The notes beneath the pieces were generated by a model. It was not told the DNA's origin, did not search any database, and worked only from the letters and a program-made list of their open reading frames with translations. 64,000 nt of DNA from Octopus sinensis. Taxonomy: Eukaryota. The stretch spans positions 44,082,001 to 44,146,000 of the forward strand of contig NC_042997.1 of NCBI RefSeq assembly GCF_006345805.1, in the 5' to 3' direction. The position numbers and the translations under genes were made by a program. Shown piece by piece: positions 56,780 through 64,000 of the stretch; within the stretch, counting starts at the first letter, position 1, and the number at the start of each line of letters is the position of its first letter.

Positions 56780-59510
56780 GAAGAAAGTGGATGACAGAAT
56801 TTTAGTTAGAAGAAATCACAAGAGAACTGGAAAGGAAAGACCAGGCACAATGAAAGATTAAAAAAGAGCAAACGTGGAAAAGGAGACTACAAAATAAAGT
56901 GAATACTTTAAGACAAGATCTGAGTAGAATAGAAGCCTGGAAAACAAACAAGTTAAGAAACACAAGATGCAAATCTTGACTCGAGGAAAGATATTTAGTC
57001 AAAGAGAAAGGAATTGGGACAATAATAGAAGAGTTGAAACAGTGTGTCATAGCAGTAGCGGCTAAGCTCTCCAGACATCAGAAAAGAATAGTCCACTATC
57101 AACCGAATAAATTATTTGAGACAGACCAGAGGAGATTTTATAACCAAATAGTGGAGAACGAATTACTGAAGATGAGAAACCTAATGCAGAGGAAGCTAGA
57201 AAGTTCTGGAGTAATATTTGGGATAAGTCAGCCAATCATAATAGTGGAGATGCAGTAAGTTAAAAAAAGTGATGGTAGAAGTAGTGAGTGAGAAGCAGCC
57301 AGATTTAAGATTAACTAGTGCATTAATGAATAAAGTGTTAGGGAAAATGCCGAATTGGAAGGGCCCAGGAGCAGATTTAGTTCAAGAGTATTGGCTATAG
57401 AAATTCAGTAGTTTACTTGGGAGGCTGTGGGAGCAGCTTCAGGATTGCCTTAATGGAGGAATAATACCCGATTGGATGACGAGAGGGAGGAGAATATCAT
57501 TATTAAGGATAAGAGCAAGGGTAATACAGCTAACAACTATAGACCAATTACTTGCTTACAATTAGTGTGTAAGCTTTTAACAGGAATGCATTCAGAAAGC
57601 GTTTACAAACACCTTGATAACCAGAATTTATTGCAAGAAGAACAGGAAGGTTGCAGGGAGATGGTAGAGGAACGCATGACCTATTATATATAGACAAAGC
57701 AATTCTACATGAAGTAAAAGGTAGAAAGAAAAATCTAACAATAGCATGGATAGATTATAGGGAAGCCTATGACACAATCCCATTCTCACGGATAAGTGAA
57801 TGTTTGAGTATATTCAGTATAACAGACAACATAAGAGAATTAATTAGCTTTAGCATGAAGAAATGTAAAGTAGATCTCTACTCAGGTGATTCAGTGTTAT
57901 GGAAGGTTAATATCAAAAGGGGAATTTTCCAAGGGGACTCGTTGACCTCTTTAATATTTATCTTATTTTTGGTCCCTCTCAGTTTAGTATTAAGGAAGGC
58001 AAAGGCAGGGTATCAGTTCATAAATAGTAATGGAGAAATTAACCATTTGCTCTACATGGATGATCTGCAGCTTTTTAGTAAGAATGAAAAAGAAATAGAT
58101 TCCTTAATACAGACTGTAAGACTCTTCAGTAAAGATATAGGCATGGAATTTGGCATAGATAAGTGTGCAATACTAGTCATGAGAAGGGGACAGGTAGTCA
58201 ACAGCGAAGGCATCCAATTACCAGATGGTCAGACATTAAAATAATTTAAAGGAGAAGTGAGAGTTATAAGTATCTAGGAGTATTCGAATCTGACAGAGTA
58301 CTAACTACAGAAATGAAAACGAAAATTGTGGAGTATATCAGAAAGGTGAGGAAGCTCATGAAATCAAAGCTAAATGGTCCGAATCTAGTGAAGGATGTAA
58401 ATATTTGGGTAGTATTATTACTTAGATACTGAGCAGCTTTTGAAGATTGGACAAAAACTGAATTAGCAAAGCTAGACATAACTAGGAAGGAATTTAATAT
58501 GAATTGAGGACTCCACCCAACGGCAGGAGTAGGAAGATTATACTTATCTAGAAAGGAAGGTGGAAGAAGGTTAATATCAGTAGAAGACTGCATGGATTTA
58601 GCTAGAGTAGATATAGACTGCTATGTAGGTAATAGTGTAGAAAGTTTATTAAAAGCGGCTAGAGTCACAGCAAGACATAGGGAAACCAAAACACCATACG
58701 AACTTAAAAACCAGAAAAAAGAACAGAAATTATCTACTGGCAGAAGAAGGTTGCATGGCAGATTCCAAAAGATAATTTCAGCAAATAGTAGTAGTGAGAC
58801 ATGGTTATGGTTGCAGAAAGGAAAGCTGAAGAGGGAGAAGGAAGTTTGTTAGTAGCGGCATAAGATCAAGCATTAAGGACTAATTGAATAAAAGCCAAGA
58901 TAGACAAAAACCAAGTTGATTCTCAAGGTAGATTATGCAAATCAAAAGAGGAAAGCATTACTCATATAGTAAGTAAATGTATCACGCTGGCATAGAAAGA
59001 ATACAAGAAAAGACCTGACAATCCAGGGAGAGTAATCCACTGGGAGCTATGTAGAAAGCTAGGATTTGAACATACTTATAAATGGTATGAACATGAACCT
59101 AGTAAAGTACTAGAAAGTAAGAAATATAAGAAGTTGTGGGACTTTACCATTCAGACTGACAGAGTAATAGAAGCTAGAAAGCTTGATTTAGTAGTAGTAG
59201 ATAAAGAGAATAGAAAATGCCAGATAATTGACTTTACAGTACCAAATGATGGAAAAATCTATATAAGAAGTATAGAAAAAATAGCAAAGTACTAGAACCT
59301 AGCTACGGAACTACAGAGGCTATGGAAAGTGCGGGTAAAATGTATCCTAGTAGCTATAGGTGCATTGGGAATTATCCCTAAAGATCTGAACTGATGGATA
59401 GAGGAAATAGGCGTAAAACCCAATTTAGTACAGCTGCAGAAAACAGTGTTATTAGGGACAGCTAGGCTACTTAAGAGGGTTCTTGGCATCAAAGGCTACT
59501 TACTGTAACC
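56780..59510 (+). pseudogene. R4/Dong-clade RLE non-LTR retrotransposon, copy A (decayed)
   Basis: PNWKGPG.D.VQ..W, NYRPITCL, AWIDYREAYD, GIFQGDSL, NHLLYMDDL, then C...C...E...H...C, LWDFTIQTD.VIEARK.D and QKTVLLGTA. Many stops. Confidence 0.88.
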
Positions 59511-59519
59511 CAGTAGGAG

Positions 59520-60152
<633 letters not shown>

Positions 60153-60699
60153 TGTTATCATGTACATTGTTTTGTCTTGGTATAAAAGATGGGCTTCAGC
60201 AAATATTCTGCTCAATGCCACAGATTTGCTTGTCAGTTGTTTGACCTTAACCAGTTGAGTATGTCCCTTGGTGGCTGACGATATGTGTATCTTTGATCAC
60301 GAGCAGAAGTTGTGTGGGATCATCATAGCCATGTGTTGAGAGGAATTCTTTGGGGTTTGGATAATTCACCTCTGGAAACATGGGTGGTTCTTTCAACATC
60401 CTTAAACAACCCTTATTCAGGGACCTTTTGAGTGGGATGGGCTACTCGACCTGAAGAAAATTCTAACTGGGTCCCACCTGCAAGGTCATGTACTGTTTAT
60501 CTTGATATGAGATCACCATGTCGCGCACATATGGCTGTGATGCATGTGCCTGGTGTACCCTCATCATACGGGTAGTCATGATGGGTATACTGGGCTTTGT
60601 ATATTTTACCCCAGTGTCACTTTGATGGCATGCACTGCTCTTTCACTCAATAACAACAACAGCAACAACAACAGCAACAACAACAACAACAATAATAAT

Positions 60700-62369
<1,670 letters not shown>

Positions 62370-64000
62370 GGCCTCAGTATGGCCTGGATTGACTACAAAA
62401 AGGCGTTTGATAGCATCCCCCACACATGGAGCCTCGAAACACTAGCCATTAACAAAGTAGCACCAACAATCATAAAATTCATAGAGCACTCTATGAATAA
62501 ATGGCAAACAGTCCTACACCTCCAAACAAAAGAGGGACTCATGAAAACCAAAGACATCCCCATTAGAAGAGGAATATTCCAGGGAGACACGCTCTCTCCA
62601 CTCCTTTTCTGCTTGGCACTGTCACCTCTATCTGATATGCTAAATAGAACTGGATGTGGATATAAATGTTACGGCAAAACGATCAACCACCTTTTATATA
62701 TGGATGACCTAAAACTATACGCTGCAAATGACAAACAGCTGGAAACACTATTAAAGACAGTTCATGGATTTACCAAAGAAATAGATATGAAATTTGGATT
62801 AGAAAAATGCGCCAAAGTAACCATGAAAAGAGGAAAACTAGTTAAGAGTAACAACATCACACTAGATAAAACCAATGAAATAAAAGAATTAGACCAAAGC
62901 CAAACTTACAAATACTTAGGAATCCATGAACTAGATAAGACACAACACACACAAATGAAAGAGAAAAAAAATAAAAAAGAATATTATAGACGAGTTAGAT
63001 CAATACTAAACACAGAGCTCAATGCTAAAAACAAGATAATAGGTATCAACACTTTAGCTGTCCCAGTTATAAGTTACAGCTACAATATCCTTAACTGGAC
63101 ACGAAATGAACTGACCAAAATAGATAGCAAAACAAGAAAAATAATGACAGGATCTAGGATGCATCACCCAAAATCTGACATAGAAAGACTATATATACAA
63201 CGTATAGAAGGTGGTAGAGGCCTTATACAGCTGGAAAACTACTATAAAATAACCACCATAGGACTGCAAAAATATCTACTTCAGAAGGAAGGAAACTGAT
63301 CCAGATAGCGGCAAAACACGAGCAAAACAAAAACTGTTCTCAGTATTTAAGGAAGCTGACAAATACAAACAAGAAATCATACCACCTAATAAACATGAAG
63401 AAGAAGAAGATGAAGAAACAACAAAAGCTATAAAACAAATGAAATCCAAACTAAAAATAGAACAGCAACGAACCATGATAAAACGATGGCAAGAAAAGCC
63501 CCTTCATGGTAAATACTGGACTAAACTTAACGCAAAAGAAATAGACAAAGAAAAATCCCAGCAATGGTTGAGAAGCTCAGGACTCAAAGCAGAAACAGAG
63601 GGATTTTTAATTGCAGCACAAGACCAAAGCCTCCCCACCAGAAATTACCAAAAACATGTAATGAAAAGAAATATTACAAATAACTGCAGAATATGTAGAG
63701 ATGGACAAGAAACAATAAATCATATTATCTCTAGCTGCCCAGTCCTGGCTAAGAAGGAATATATTCACAGACATGACAGAGTTGGAACCTACATACATTG
63801 GAAGCTATGCCAACATTATGGAATAACAACAGAAAAAAGATCGTATAGGCACACACCAGAAAAGGTCACAGAAAACGAGAAAGCAACCATACTCTGGGAT
63901 ATGCCGATACACACAGATAGAGAAATTAAGGCCAACAGACCAGATATAGTTGTCAGAGATCATGAAAAAAAAAAATGCTTTCTAATTGATGTATCAATAC
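62370..64000 (+). mobile_element. R4/Dong-type copy D, 5'-truncated, running off the window
   Basis: ORF 62379-63299 (AWIDYKKAFD, GIFQGDTLSP, YMDDLKL), a frameshift near 63290, a CCHC knuckle CRICRDGQETINHIISSC at 63685-63738, and RPD at 63937-63945. Confidence 0.93.

Overview
AT-rich, microsatellite-rich eukaryotic genomic DNA. The SINE, RTE and Penelope-type repeat families look cephalopod, most likely Octopus; this is my recognition and was not checked by a search. The only host gene I can support is a + strand TMEM164 orthologue. Its last four coding exons are at 6746-6862, 9985-10063, 26212-26312 and 34581-34997, and its 5' exon(s) lie upstream of the window. Nearly everything else is transposon-derived: tRNA-SINEs, RTE LINE copies (one with an about 770-codon EN/RT ORF), CR1-type fragments, mariner/Tc1 relics, Helitron-like, hAT-like and piggyBac-like MITEs, a decayed Gypsy element, and a head-to-tail chain of R4/Dong-type RLE retrotransposons joined by trinucleotide microsatellites. 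The most interesting hidden signal is at least eight type I hammerhead-ribozyme (HHR)-like motifs with palindromic mini-helix III. Several sit at the tip of 20-35-bp hairpins or carry long helix II insertions, and two face each other in an about 890-bp imperfect palindrome inside a TMEM164 intron. All alignments and folds were done by eye, and repeat boundaries are approximate.
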